DNA of 62,832 nucleotides, filler included, from Phoronis australis (GCA_002633005.1; 9 parts of 9 records of this genome joined end to end with filler, not necessarily neighbours in it); one strand, 5' to 3'. Counted from the whole stretch's first letter, positions 1 to 14,637 are shown. Translations and numbers: made by a program. Notes: generated from the letters alone by a model not told the origin.

Positions 1-450
1 TCGCCGTGACAACCACTGGTTCACAGGAAAATTCAGTTGCTCTGATGTGAGTACATTCTTCATTTTTACCTTCAAACAGAAAGTGACTTGTATAAGAAAA
101 ATAATTGCAGGCGGTCTAGTACATGTTGTACCAGACGTGCGCAGGCCTTGCATGTGGGCCCATTGCACTGATCACCTGGAAATATTTTTATGCTTCATGC
201 TTTCAAGATTTACAGTAAAAAATCTTCAATAATTTGCCATAACTTCTCTGTTCAAACAGGTGTACTACAATACGACACATTGCTACAAACAATAACCAAA
301 AGTTGTTTGTCAACACCAGAAGCATATGAGCCAAAAAGTCTAATTTCTCATACATCATTTTTGTAGTTACATAACAAAAAAAAATTGACACACCACCATG
401 TTGTGTCACGGTCCTAATCTGAAGAATTTTTACCTCAATTTTATTTCAGG

Positions 451-3400
451 ATTCTGAGTGAATTGTGTTTGAATGATTTACAATTCTGAGTGAATTGTGT
501 TTGAATGATTCACAATTCTGAGTGAATTGTGTTTGAATGATTCACAATTCTGAGTGAATTGTGTTTGAATGATTCACAATTCTGAGTGAATTGTGTTTGA
601 ATGATTCACAATTCTGAGTGAATTGTGTTTGAATGATTCACAATTCTGAGTGAATTGTGTTTGAATGATTCACAATTCTGAGTGAATTGTGTTTGAATGA
701 TTCACAATTCTGAGTGAATTGTGTTTGAATGATTCACAATTCTGAGTGAATTGTGTTTGAATGATTCACAATTCTGAGTGAATTGTGTTTGAATGATTCA
801 CAATTCTGAGTGAATTGTGTTTGAATGATTCACAATTCTGAGTGAATTGTGTTTGAATGATTCACAATTCTGAGTGAATTGTGTTTGAATGATTCACAAT
901 TCTGAGTGAATTGTGTTTGAATGATTCACAATTCTGAGTGAATTGTGTTTGAATGATTCACAATTCTGAGTGAATTGTGTTTGAATGATTCACAATTCTG
1001 AGTGAATTGTGTTTGAATGATTCACAATTCTGAGTGAATTGTGTTTGAATGATTCACAATTCTGAGTGAATTGTGTTTGAATGATTCACAATTCTGAGTG
1101 AATTGTGTTTGAATGATTCACAATTCTGAGTGAATTGTGTTTGAATGATTCACAATTCTGAGTGAATTGTGTTTGAATGATTCACAATTCTGAGTGAATT
1201 GTGTTTGAATGATTCACAATTCTGAGTGAATTGTGTTTGAATGATTCACAATTCTGAGTGAATTGTGTTTGAATGATTCACAATTCTGAGTGAATTGTGT
1301 TTGAATGATTCACAATTCTGAGTGAATTGTGTTTGAATGATTCACAATTCTGAGTGAATTGTGTTTGAATGATTCACAATTCTGAGTGAATTGTGTTTGA
1401 ATGATTCACAATTCTGAGTGAATTGTGTTTGAATGATTCACAATTCTGAGTGAATTGTGTTTGAATGATTCACAATTCTGAGTGAATTGTGTTTGAATGA
1501 TTCACAATTCTGAGTGAATTGTGTTTGAATGATTCACAATTCTGAGTGAATTGTGTTTGAATGATTCACAATTCTGAGTGAATTGTGTTTGAATGATTCA
1601 CAATTCTGAGTGAATTGTGTTTGAATGATTCACAATTCTGAGTGAATTGTGTTTGAATGATTCACAATTCTGAGTGAATTGTGTTTGAATGATTCACAAT
1701 TCTGAGTGAATTGTGTTTGAATGATTCACAATTCTGAGTGAATTGTGTTTGAATGATTCACAATTCTGAGTGAATTGTGTTTGAATGATTCACAATTCTG
1801 AGTGAATTGTGTTTGAATGATTCACAATTCTGAGTGAATTGTGTTTGAATGATTCACAATTCTGAGTGAATTGTGTTTGAATGATTCACAATTCTGAGTG
1901 AATTGTGTTTGAATGATTCACAATTCTGAGTGAATTGTGTTTGAATGATTCACAATTCTGAGTGAATTGTGTTTGAATGATTCACAATTCTGAGTGAATT
2001 GTGTTTGAATGATTCACAATTCTGAGTGAATTGTGTTTGAATGATTCACAATTCTGAGTGAATTGTGTTTGAATGATTCACAATTCTGAGTGAATTGTGT
2101 TTGAATGATTCACAATTCTGAGTGAATTGTGTTTGAATGATTCACAATTCTGAGTGAATTGTGTTTGAATGATTCACAATTCTGAGTGAATTGTGTTTGA
2201 ATGATTCACAATTCTGAGTGAATTGTGTTTGAATGATTCACAATTCTGAGTGAATTGTGTTTGAATGATTCACAATTCTGAGTGAATTGTGTTTGAATGA
2301 TTCACAATTCTGAGTGAATTGTGTTTGAATGATTCACAATTCTGAGTGAATTGTGTTTGAATGATTCACAATTCTGAGTGAATTGTGTTTGAATGATTCA
2401 CAATTCTGAGTGAATTGTGTTTGAATGATTCACAATTCTGAGTGAATTGTGTTTGAATGATTCACAATTCTGAGTGAATTGTGTTTGAATGATTCACAAT
2501 TCTGAGTGAATTGTGTTTGAATGATTCACAATTCTGAGTGAATTGTGTTTGAATGATTCACAATTCTGAGTGAATTGTGTTTGAATGATTCACAATTCTG
2601 AGTGAATTGTGTTTGAATGATTCACAATTCTGAGTGAATTGTGTTTGAATGATTCACAATTCTGAGTGAATTGTGTTTGAATGATTCACAATTCTGAGTG
2701 AATTGTGTTTGAATGATTCACAATTCTGAGTGAATTGTGTTTGAATGATTCACAATTCTGAGTGAATTGTGTTTGAATGATTCACAATTCTGAGTGAATT
2801 GTGTTTGAATGATTCACAATTCTGAGTGAATTGTGTTTGAATGATTCACAATTCTGAGTGAATTGTGTTTGAATGATTCACAATTCTGAGTGAATTGTGT
2901 TTGAATGATTCACAATTCTGAGTGAATTGTGTTTGAATGATTCACAATTCTGAGTGAATTGTGTTTGAATGATTCACAATTCTGAGTGAATTGTGTTTGA
3001 ATGATTCACAATTCTGAGTGAATTGTGTTTGAATGATTCACAATTCTGAGTGAATTGTGTTTGAATGATTCACAATTCTGAGTGAATTGTGTTTGAATGA
3101 TTCACAATTCTGAGTGAATTGTGTTTGAATGATTCACAATTCTGAGTGAATTGTGTTTGAATGATTCACAATTCTGAGTGAATTGTGTTTGAATGATTCA
3201 CAATTCTGAGTGAATTGTGTTTGAATGATTCACAATTCTGAGTGAATTGTGTTTGAATGATTCACAATTCTGAGTGAATTGTGTTTGAATGATTCACAAT
3301 TCTGAGTGAATTGTGTTTGAATGATTCACAATTCTGAGTGAATTGTGTTTGAATGATTCACAATTCTGAGTGAATTGTGTTTGAATGATTCACAATTCTG

Positions 3401-6400
3401 AGTGAATTGTGTTTGAATGATTCACAATTCTGAGTGAATTGTGTTTGAATGATTCACAATTCTGAGTGAATTGTGTTTGAATGATTCACAATTCTGAGTG
3501 AATTGTGTTTGAATGATTCACAATTCTGAGTGAATTGTGTTTGAATGATTCACAATTCTGAGTGAATTGTGTTTGAATGATTCACAATTCTGAGTGAATT
3601 GTGTTTGAATGATTCACAATTCTGAGTGAATTGTGTTTGAATGATTCACAATTCTGAGTGAATTGTGTTTGAATGATTCACAATTCTGAGTGAATTGTGT
3701 TTGAATGATTCACAATTCTGAGTGAATTGTGTTTGAATGATTCACAATTCTGAGTGAATTGTGTTTGAATGATTCACAATTCTGAGTGAATTGTGTTTGA
3801 ATGATTCACAATTCTGAGTGAATTGTGTTTGAATGATTCACAATTCTGAGTGAATTGTGTTTGAATGATTCACAATTCTGAGTGAATTGTGTTTGAATGA
3901 TTCACAATTCTGAGTGAATTGTGTTTGAATGATTCACAATTCTGAGTGAATTGTGTTTGAATGATTCACAATTCTGAGTGAATTGTGTTTGAATGATTCA
4001 CAATTCTGAGTGAATTGTGTTTGAATGATTCACAATTCTGAGTGAATTGTGTTTGAATGATTCACAATTCTGAGTGAATTGTGTTTGAATGATTCACAAT
4101 TCTGAGTGAATTGTGTTTGAATGATTCACAATTCTGAGTGAATTGTGTTTGAATGATTCACAATTCTGAGTGAATTGTGTTTGAATGATTCACAATTCTG
4201 AGTGAATTGTGTTTGAATGATTCACAATTCTGAGTGAATTGTGTTTGAATGATTCACAATTCTGAGTGAATTGTGTTTGAATGATTCACAATTCTGAGTG
4301 AATTGTGTTTGAATGATTCACAATTCTGAGTGAATTGTGTTTGAATGATTCACAATTCTGAGTGAATTGTGTTTGAATGATTCACAATTCTGAGTGAATT
4401 GTGTTTGAATGATTCACAATTCTGAGTGAATTGTGTTTGAATGATTCACAATTCTGAGTGAATTGTGTTTGAATGATTCACAATTCTGAGTGAATTGTGT
4501 TTGAATGATTCACAATTCTGAGTGAATTGTGTTTGAATGATTCACAATTCTGAGTGAATTGTGTTTGAATGATTCACAATTCTGAGTGAATTGTGTTTGA
4601 ATGATTCACAATTCTGAGTGAATTGTGTTTGAATGATTCACAATTCTGAGTGAATTGTGTTTGAATGATTCACAATTCTGAGTGAATTGTGTTTGAATGA
4701 TTCACAATTCTGAGTGAATTGTGTTTGAATGATTCACAATTCTGAGTGAATTGTGTTTGAATGATTCACAATTCTGAGTGAATTGTGTTTGAATGATTCA
4801 CAATTCTGAGTGAATTGTGTTTGAATGATTCACAATTCTGAGTGAATTGTGTTTGAATGATTCACAATTCTGAGTGAATTGTGTTTGAATGATTCACAAT
4901 TCTGAGTGAATTGTGTTTGAATGATTCACAATTCTGAGTGAATTGTGTTTGAATGATTCACAATTCTGAGTGAATTGTGTTTGAATGATTCACAATTCTG
5001 AGTGAATTGTGTTTGAATGATTCACAATTCTGAGTGAATTGTGTTTGAATGATTCACAATTCTGAGTGAATTGTGTTTGAATGATTCACAATTCTGAGTG
5101 AATTGTGTTTGAATGATTCACAATTCTGAGTGAATTGTGTTTGAATGATTCACAATTCTGAGTGAATTGTGTTTGAATGATTCACAATTCTGAGTGAATT
5201 GTGTTTGAATGATTCACAATTCTGAGTGAATTGTGTTTGAATGATTCACAATTCTGAGTGAATTGTGTTTGAATGATTCACAATTCTGAGTGAATTGTGT
5301 TTGAATGATTCACAATTCTGAGTGAATTGTGTTTGAATGATTCACAATTCTGAGTGAATTGTGTTTGAATGATTCACAATTCTGAGTGAATTGTGTTTGA
5401 ATGATTCACAATTCTGAGTGAATTGTGTTTGAATGATTCACAATTCTGAGTGAATTGTGTTTGAATGATTCACAATTCTGAGTGAATTGTGTTTGAATGA
5501 TTCACAATTCTGAGTGAATTGTGTTTGAATGATTCACAATTCTGAGTGAATTGTGTTTGAATGATTCACAATTCTGAGTGAATTGTGTTTGAATGATTCA
5601 CAATTCTGAGTGAATTGTGTTTGAATGATTCACAATTCTGAGTGAATTGTGTTTGAATGATTCACAATTCTGAGTGAATTGTGTTTGAATGATTCACAAT
5701 TCTGAGTGAATTGTGTTTGAATGATTCACAATTCTGAGTGAATTGTGTTTGAATGATTCACAATTCTGAGTGAATTGTGTTTGAATGATTCACAATTCTG
5801 AGTGAATTGTGTTTGAATGATTCACAATTCTGAGTGAATTGTGTTTGAATGATTCACAATTCTGAGTGAATTGTGTTTGAATGATTCACAATTCTGAGTG
5901 AATTGTGTTTGAATGATTCACAATTCTGAGTGAATTGTGTTTGAATGATTCACAATTCTGAGTGAATTGTGTTTGAATGATTCACAATTCTGAGTGAATT
6001 GTGTTTGAATGATTCACAATTCTGAGTGAATTGTGTTTGAATGATTCACAATTCTGAGTGAATTGTGTTTGAATGATTCACAATTCTGAGTGAATTGTGT
6101 TTGAATGATTCACAATTCTGAGTGAATTGTGTTTGAATGATTCACAATTCTGAGTGAATTGTGTTTGAATGATTCACAATTCTGAGTGAATTGTGTTTGA
6201 ATGATTCACAATTCTGAGTGAATTGTGTTTGAATGATTCACAATTCTGAGTGAATTGTGTTTGAATGATTCACAATTCTGAGTGAATTGTGTTTGAATGA
6301 TTCACAATTCTGAGTGAATTGTGTTTGAATGATTCACAATTCTGAGTGAATTGTGTTTGAATGATTCACAATTCTGAGTGAATTGTGTTTGAATGATTCA

Positions 6401-7116
6401 CAATTCTGAGTGAATTGTGTTTGAATGATTCACAATTCTGAGTGAATTGTGTTTGAATGATTCACAATTCTGAGTGAATTGTGTTTGAATGATTCACAAT
6501 TCTGAGTGAATTGTGTTTGAATGATTCACAATTCTGAGTGAATTGTGTTTGAATGATTCACAATTCTGAGTGAATTGTGTTTGAATGATTCACAATTCTG
6601 AGTGAATTGTGTTTGAATGATTCACAATTCTGAGTGAATTGTGTTTGAATGATTCACAATTCTGAGTGAATTGTGTTTGAATGATTCACAATTCTGAGTG
6701 AATTGTGTTTGAATGATTCACAATTCTGAGTGAATTGTGTTTGAATGATTCACAATTCTGAGTGAATTGTGTTTGAATGATTCACAATTCTGAGTGAATT
6801 GTGTTTGAATGATTCACAATTCTGAGTGAATTGTGTTTGAATGATTCACAATTCTGAGTGAATTGTGTTTGAATGATTCACAATTCTGAGTGAATTGTGT
6901 TTGAATGATTCACAATTCTGAGTGAATTGTGTTTGAATGATTCACAATTCTGAGTGAATTGTGTTTGAATGATTCACAATTCTGAGTGAATTGTGTTTGA
7001 ATGATTCACAATTCTGAGTGAATTGTGTTTGAATGATTCACAATTCTGAGTGAATTGTGTTTGAATGATTCACAATTCTGAGTGAATTGTGTTTGAATGA
7101 TTCACAATTCTGAGTG
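451..7116. repeat. 32-bp tandem satellite, about 208 copies (ATTCTGAGTGAATTGTGTTTGAATGATTCACA)
   Basis: Line pattern recurs every 480 bp (15 x 32). The only variant I see is in the first unit (GATTTACA). The array ends at a single N (7117). Confidence 0.98.
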
Positions 7117-7308
7117 NATTATAATAGACACTAATCTTGAGTTTGCTCAATGACAAAAATAAATGGATGAGATTTTCCTGCACTATTGGAATAGCAAAAT
7201 ACAAAATCATAAGATTGTAACCACAAACATACGGTAATCTCAAACATCAAAACCTAAAAATAAAAACGACAAAGAGCGCACCAATGTATGGTTTTGATGT
7301 TGAACATA

Positions 7309-7317
7309 AACAACAAT

Positions 7318-7350
<33 letters not shown>

Positions 7351-7366
7351 AACAACAACAAAAACA
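7309..7366. repeat. (AAC)n microsatellite
   Basis: Imperfect run aacaacaataacaacaac... Confidence 0.9.
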
Positions 7367-8018
7367 AGCAAATATATCTAACAGCTGCTAAAATAGACAC
7401 CTGAGAGCATTAAATGAATAAAAAACAAAGATTCAATTATAAAGAACCCAATAACTCCAGAATCGCACAAAGGAAAAAAGGGAAGGTTGCTCCGAGTCGA
7501 TGGAAGTAATCTGTTGAGGACAACACACTAGGTGGAGCTAGTATACCTGAATCTTCTGCTTTCAATAAAGCCTTGACATTATTTCTTTGGACAGACCGGG
7601 GTTTTGTAAAGACAGGAACTTGTTTTTTAGATTCTTCATGTCCTGGGGACGCATTATGGGGGTAAATATCATAAAATATCATAATTATTCAGTTAATGGA
7701 AATGCCAATAAGTAATCAATGTGAAAAAAAACATAGCTGAGAATTGAATGTCATGTTTGAAATTTGTAACTAAAAAACTTTTGCTCGCTGAACATCATCA
7801 ACGCCCATGAAGACTCTTCAGTCGTATATTCATTTGAGTATATCTTACTCTGTGTAAAATGAGATTAAGAAATCACTAAAGGGCCAAAAAGTATAGTTTT
7901 TCCTTTGTGTAAATGCCATGGCCAAAACTGATATCACATGTCGTGAACACATCCACTAAAACAAGAAACTGTAGGAACACCGCATTTATCCACCTTCACT
8001 CTTATCAGGCTTCTATTG

Positions 8019-8118
8019 NNNNNNNNNNNNNNNNNNNNNNNNNNNNNNNNNNNNNNNNNNNNTTAATTAATTAANNNNNNNNNNNNNNNNNNNNNNNNNN
8101 NNNNNNNNNNNNNNNNNN
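8019..8118. other. Artificial contig-join linker (N44-TTAATTAATTAA-N44)
   Basis: The same 100-bp spacer also occurs at 12672-12771, 21270-21369, 24402-24501, 35301-35400, 54214-54313, 57840-57939 and 60184-60283. TTAATTAATTAA gives stops in all six frames. A plain N gap lies at 58975-59185. Confidence 0.97.
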
Positions 8119-9121
8119 CTGAACCCCCCCGTAGATCCGCCACTGACTCACTATCTATTTTAATATTATGAATGTCAACACGTACGGGTATTCGTTTGAC
8201 GTTCGTAAGACGAACTCTGGAAATTCAATTACCCTAGATGTCGCCGGACCACGCAGAAGCGGAATTAAAATCGTTTACGACTTTAGGACACTCACGACTT
8301 AACACGGTAAAATCATCAATTACACGGTAAGTTGACGCAACCTAGTTAGCAAGTAAAAGCACTGAACGCCTGCAGCCGTCACAATGCGTCATCAAATTAG
8401 GAAGTAGCCGTTGCCGTACCTGTCTTTTAATCAGTACATTGCATCAAGGTAATACTTTGTCTGCTGTTGAAGAAACATCAGAAATTATGTTGACTCGAAG
8501 CTGGTGGTCTGTGTAGTATCGCGTTCTTGTGAAATGCATGTCACTGAAAAGTGCAATAATGCGTTTGCGTCTCACGTGAAAATGCATGCAGGTGTTAGGC
8601 CTGACGTTCAATAGTAACACAACAATCAAAGTAACAACAAAACTGAGGGCAACGCTTGATATTTGAGAATTTTCGACATTTCATCAGAATTGAGAAAGAT
8701 ACTAGCCTTAAATAAATTGATGTTTTGTAACGCTTTTGGTTGCCAAAATTAATTTCGATGTTTTGGTATTGGACCTGTACTTGGGTGTGTGCATGACGTG
8801 AACGGAATGGTCACATGGTCACGCGTGTTACAAAAATCAGGGTAGTGAGTGAGATCGGAACTAGAATGACAAACCAACAGCAACAATGGACTTTTCATAT
8901 TACCGCTCTCTACAGTAATGAGACGAAGAAAGCGACCTCGTTTGATCCCCATTCAGATTTGGTCAATAGTGGAGCGACATACATGGGGGCAAGAAGGCAC
9001 AGTTTTCGGTGATTTTGCTTTCTGAGGTTGCTTTAATGTCCAAACGGTTGGGCTAGATTTTAGTGGATACACCCAGCTTTCCCTCTTCACAACGTACAGC
9101 ACACATCACGAATTTTTGTCC

Positions 9122-9312
9122 GCCCGGTCGGAAATTGGTCGACGACTAGCCGTCGACCGGTCGGCAAATTAGCCGACCGGTCGGCTAAAAATTAGACGAC
9201 CAACAGCCGCCCGCAGTGCCGACTCATAAGGCGACTCCCCAGCCGACCCTTCAGCCGACCCTTCAGCCGACCCTTCAGCCGACCGGCCATCAGCCGACCA
9301 GCTGGTCGGCTG
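9122..9312. repeat. GC-rich GCCGAC/GTCGGC repeat and palindrome cluster, including a 12-bp tandem (CAGCCGACCCTT)x3-4
   Basis: Many gccgacc/ggtcggc copies in both orientations. The tandem is at about 9240-9284. Confidence 0.75.
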
Positions 9313-10875
9313 CTATTTTTACGCTACAGCAGCAGTTGCGTAATAGGTTGTCAGGCTGATGCCACTTTGCGTGTCGATGCATATTCGTCCAAGCACAGGG
9401 ACAAATAAATTAACCTGGATTTACTGTCTCGGTTACATGAGTTAACGTCGGTTGTGTAAAACCACTAATTCGAAGGTTGAAGGCAAGCGGTAATAGTAAA
9501 CATTGGATTATGGACAATGCAACAAGTTTTGGATGAAAAACGACGGTGAACGTTTTCTTTACATTTGATCTTTAATTTGACTCGTGACGTTAACAAGATG
9601 TATTAGATTGGTTGCTTCCCGGTCAATACAACGCTGTAGTCATTTTGTAAACGCAGCTATTTTTAACAGTCTTCGCTCGCAATTGATTTTGTTTTTGTAA
9701 CGCCAAACTGCAGCTTTTTGCGTTTTTTAAGTTTGTCACCGGTCTCCTATCACGCGATCATGATGATGGATTAGTGAGTGAGTTGTTACACCGCGAAGAG
9801 CTCTCACTCCGGTGATTTCATTTTCATAGTATTGACCCTTGCAGTAAAGAGGCGAAATTCACGGTCCAGTATGCCCTAAACCCACGGACTTCGATGGCTC
9901 TAACTTCGAAATCATGTTATGGTTACGCTTTCCACGAACTAAGACGGTGACATCACCACTGTTGAGGCTGCAGGCAATTGTAGCTTTGCGCATTCCGTTT
10001 TCATGTATCGGTGACGTTAAAATCCGGACTAGCAGTTACATGTATACACGTAGTCCCCTATCAGTTGGTCGTTCACGTTGTTCCAAAAATAGATATTTTC
10101 TGTCAACAACATGTTGACAAATTATGCAAAAGAAAATAATTGTGAACGGGAAGATGTGAATACGTGATGAAGAAGTGTTCACTATGCGGCATATGTGTGC
10201 GAACTTTTGGTTAAGCGATTGCGATGGCAAAAAATGATAGAAAATACACAAAGGTGCACTTTTGAGAAACAAAGCGTCTGGTGATATTGATAGCGTATGA
10301 TCTGGCCACGTTAGGTAGAATGAGAAGTGGCAACTACAAAATAGAAATATAAAATATATAAATCATGCCTGTATATATATATCGCCACCCCCCCCCGAGT
10401 TTTGCACATTCTAATGAGTCGCCACTCGAGATTTGGTTCCATTTCAGTCCTAAAGTCGCAGAATAATTCTTCTGTTCTCAGCTGTAAGAAAATATACTAT
10501 TTTTTGAAACGGTGCTCAGTCTTAAAAAAGTTTCCAGCATGAAATGAAGTGCCAAGTACAGTACACGCAGCGTTGTATGACAGAAACGTTGGCATTTTCC
10601 TATGTCCACAAAGTGCTTTGAGCACTGTGTACAAATTTGTTCATTTCGCTTTTCTACACTGACGACTATGGTCAACTCGGTGTTTTAAAAAAGTACACTT
10701 TTGAGGGCGTTTTCAAAAATAAATGTTTGGTTGATGAATTCAGCGAGTCGGTGTCCACGGGCAGAAAACTGTATCTGCGTAAAAAAAGAGTTGCGTTTAC
10801 AAAACATTCAGAGCATGAGCTCAAGGACTACCTGAGACTGGTATTTGTGTCCAATAAATATAGCTCTTGGAAAAC

Positions 10876-11191
10876 TGTTACCCCGAAGAAATGTGCAAAA
10901 TACGAACGTCATATACGGAACGTTGTACCAGAAGTGATTTGTTGCAGTAGAGCAGCAACGGGATAGTAAAAATGCTGTGCTGTACACTAGTTAGCTGAAT
11001 GGAAAGCTGAAGCGAAAAAATCCAGAACACACAATGTTACCCCGAAGAAATGTGCAAAATACGAGCGTAGTTTAGGGAAGGTTGTACTAGAAGTTATTTG
11101 TTGCAGTGGACCAGCCACGGGATAGTAAAAACACTGTGCTGTACACTAGTTAGCTGAATGGAAAGCTGAAGCGAAAGCATCCAGAACACAC
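10876..11191. repeat. Tandem duplication of about 159 bp (2 copies)
   Basis: tgttaccccgaagaaatgtgcaaaatacga...ctgaagcgaaa...tccagaacacac occurs at about 10876 and again at about 11035. Confidence 0.9.
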
Positions 11192-14100
11192 ATTTTCTAT
11201 TCAGGAATTGAAATCTCTGTAGAATCAAAAACAATTGGCAACCAGGATTCATTGTGTCAGACAACTTATCACGCCAGGAGAGAGAGTTGTTTTCAAGCCC
11301 GGAGGCTACGTGATCACCCATTATGCAATGGTGACAATCCAGTGTGTACCCACACATTGGCATCTATTGTAAAACGTGGATTAGACAAAAGAAATTCAAC
11401 CGCATTTCCAAGATAATAGGTCTGTTGTCGGCGAGAAGTTGAACATATAGCCCTTGTTTATATGTATACATGTAGTACGGACATTATCACTTTGAAAGAT
11501 CCATGCTTTGGGATGGTGACGTGGTGTTCTGGCGTGAAAGTTACTGACACGGTAAGTTTTTGAACCTGACTTATTAATTTTTCAGTTCGGTCGTATTTTA
11601 TTTTGATCCTGTAGTGAAGAATTTTTGGTCCCCACTTGATAAATTATAGGTGCTGATGTGATAAATTTTCAGCCTTGACGTGGTGAATTTTGGTCTTTAT
11701 TTGCTCTATGGTCTTCTGTGTGAAAACAATCTCAATGTATTGGGTTGTTTTAATTCCTGCTTAAGTAAAATGTCTGGTTTTGAGATATTTATTTTTAGTC
11801 CTGGAGAGTTTCACACGTTTTGCTTGGTTTTAATCTTGCATAGAAAAGATATGTCGTTAACTGTTTCAAATTAGGCCTCCCATAAATGGGGGGAGAGCAG
11901 GTTGTGTAGCATCGTACTATGTAACTTCTAATATAAATCTAGGTGTTCGTGATTTAGTAATACTATGAAAAATAGTAGTTATGACTATGAAAAATGAGTA
12001 GTTGAGGCTTCTTTTGAAATACTGTATCCTTTGTATATGCCTGATGTACATGGCTCAGTGTGATATTATCTAAGCTTTACTATCCTCTATGGCTTAACAA
12101 CAATATACAGTGTATCTTCATTCATGCCTGTAAAAGAGGTACTCCCAGGATCATCAAGCATGTGTATGTTTTTATTCTAATGAGGCGTGCTTCGAATGTA
12201 CAATTAGTAATTATACTTTTGCAGTGGTACATAACAAACGGATTCATTAAACCCAGTAAATATTTTTGCAACTGCTGACTCTGCATATCAGACGTGCATA
12301 TTGCATCATACCTCATCAGAGTAAAACTTGTTATCAATCATAGTAGAAAAAATTATTTTTATCACTGCCACAAGACGTTAACAAACGCAGTGAGTGTCTG
12401 TAACTGTTGTGTCTAGATTGCTGATGAACTAAAGTCGGTCTACATGTATTTCCATTTTTATAACACTGATTCATGCCAAAGGTTTGAAATTGCGCCCCTT
12501 TAAGAGTTTTGACTTGCCCTGTGATCACTAAAATCCGATGCAATAAACTTATAGGTGTATAGAAGTTGTTTTTAACCAGTGTAATGTAGCTGAACATTGT
12601 GTGCGTTTTCGTTTGCGAGAGTGTTCTTTTTGAATCAATGGGTTAATCATTTTACGCTCTACATGAAAACANNNNNNNNNNNNNNNNNNNNNNNNNNNNN
12701 NNNNNNNNNNNNNNNTTAATTAATTAANNNNNNNNNNNNNNNNNNNNNNNNNNNNNNNNNNNNNNNNNNNNCGGTATCATTTATGGCCATGCTGCGAAGA
12801 GTCACAAGAAGAGCCGTGCCCGAGTGTTGTCAAATCAATTGCTTACAGGCAACGTCAGCCCTGGAGTTCTGCGCCTTCTGCTGTCACGGGGATGGTCTGG
12901 GGAGGGGAATAGTGCATCAGCATATCCCCAATGATCCTGTCCGTGACAGGTATTACAGGTATATTCAGTACGACGAACGTTCACAATTAAGCACCCACAC
13001 TTTTAAGGAAATGCCGATCATCAAAAATTGGGGGTGGGCGGTAAGCAGAGCATGGGCGCATAAAAATGAAAAATTGATAATTTCGGGGATGGACGGTATC
13101 CCGGACGAGGTAAGTCCATTCGCCAACTTGGCGAATACTTTCGCAACTTGACAATAAAAATTAATTTCGGGAAATCTACTCGCGTGTCGAGTTAGTCAGC
13201 AAACGACATTTTTACTTCGATTCGGACTCTTAAAAATGGCAAGCGATTGTTCCATTTCATGTCCGTCACTCCTCCTGAAATACCTCTTTTACAGAGACGA
13301 AATGTTTAATATTGTGTGTGCGTGTGTGTGTGTGTGGGAGGGGGGGGGGCGCTCTTGGTAATGGCAATTTNTGTAATGGCAATTTCTCACTTCATAGCGA
13401 GATCTAATGAAGGTCTGCAACTGAAACTGCTGAGCCCTCAAACATGCAATATCAACTCAAGCTTAAATTTCTTATTTTCATATTACAAGAACCTCTCCCA
13501 ATTCATTACTAACTTTACCAAATTTAAGCGCACAATTTGTCGTGTTAAATATTGTTTGAGACTCGACATTGATAGGTTTTCTTTTCAAGGAGTAAAAGGC
13601 GCAGACGACGCCGGGAAGAACGAGTTTTGTATCTATTTTCAAGTCAAAATACATCACATGTCATACCTAGTTAGCTCGCTAAATGTCGCGAATGTAAAAA
13701 CAGGACCCTCAATTATCGGAAAGGTGTCTACGCCTTCTGCCGAAAGGTGAATTTTTGGGGTGAGTACAAAACTTTTACCTCCCGATTACCATCAACAGCA
13801 CCCGCCACCCAGTTGCAGCGCTCATACGCTCTGACTCAAGTAGCCAAGCGTAACAATTTGCGCTGTATCAAATTGTGACTTGTGTGAGTTACAAATTACT
13901 CGAACCTTGGCGGAAAATTTTGGGCCTCATGAGGGGAATTTCGCGTGATACTTAAATATCTTTCGGAGGGTAAAGGGTCGATATTAGGCCCCAAAATCAA
14001 AGGATTGAGGGCCCTGAAAAACTTATGGAGAGACTGGGACGCGTTTGCATTTCGAAAGAGGCCGAAAGAAAGCAAGGTAAAGTAAACGTCAATTTGTTAC

Positions 14101-14291
14101 TTATTGAGTTTTATATTTACTACTCTGCCCGATTCAGCTTTATTTTGAAAGTCACATGTTAAGTTTTTGGACACCAATGTCTTGCTCATCAAAATGCCAA
14201 CGTTGGGCGACGTACACTGTACACCCGCCGTAAGCCGGGATATGAGTTTTAGGAGGAATCTCTGAATAAATTTTTGGGTCAACATCAATAA

Positions 14292-14637
14292 GTGTTGCAA
14301 GCAGTTATCCCGTTTAATTCGTCATCGTTTTGGTCACATCACGAGACCTAAGTCCGACAACATTTCAGCCCCCGACCGGGACACGAACCCAGTACCTTCT
14401 GCTAACCGTGCAGACGCTCTAGCCACTGAGCCATCGGGACCACTGATCAAACACAGAAATCCAGACTTAGTAGTGGGCATCTTACCCATGATCCCCCGGT
14501 CGGGGGCAAAAATCTTTTCGGACTTATATTCATTAGGTCACGTGACGTAACCTAAATGATGGCGGATTGAACGGGATAAACTGCTTCCAACATATTCCAC
14601 GCCTCAATGAAAAAATATATTCATACATATTTATACA
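14292..14637 (-). mobile_element. tRNA-derived SINE-like element with inverted arms
   Basis: A tRNA-like cloverleaf with A/B boxes lies on the minus strand at 14368-14441. It is flanked by inverted copies of a tail module (gattgaacgggataaactgcttccaaca). The same modules occur at 47832-48262. Confidence 0.75.

Noticed and set aside
451-7116. CRISPR-like array (32-bp palindromic repeat)
   Set aside because: There are no spacers, units are head-to-tail, there are no cas genes, and the context is eukaryotic.
8019-8118. Recurrent TTAATTAATTAA motif
   Set aside because: Always centred in N runs of fixed length, so it is an artificial linker. Gene neighbourhoods across linkers were not interpreted.
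12783-13151. 122-aa ORF
   Set aside because: No recognisable domain or splice context, and it lies at a contig edge in repeat-like sequence.
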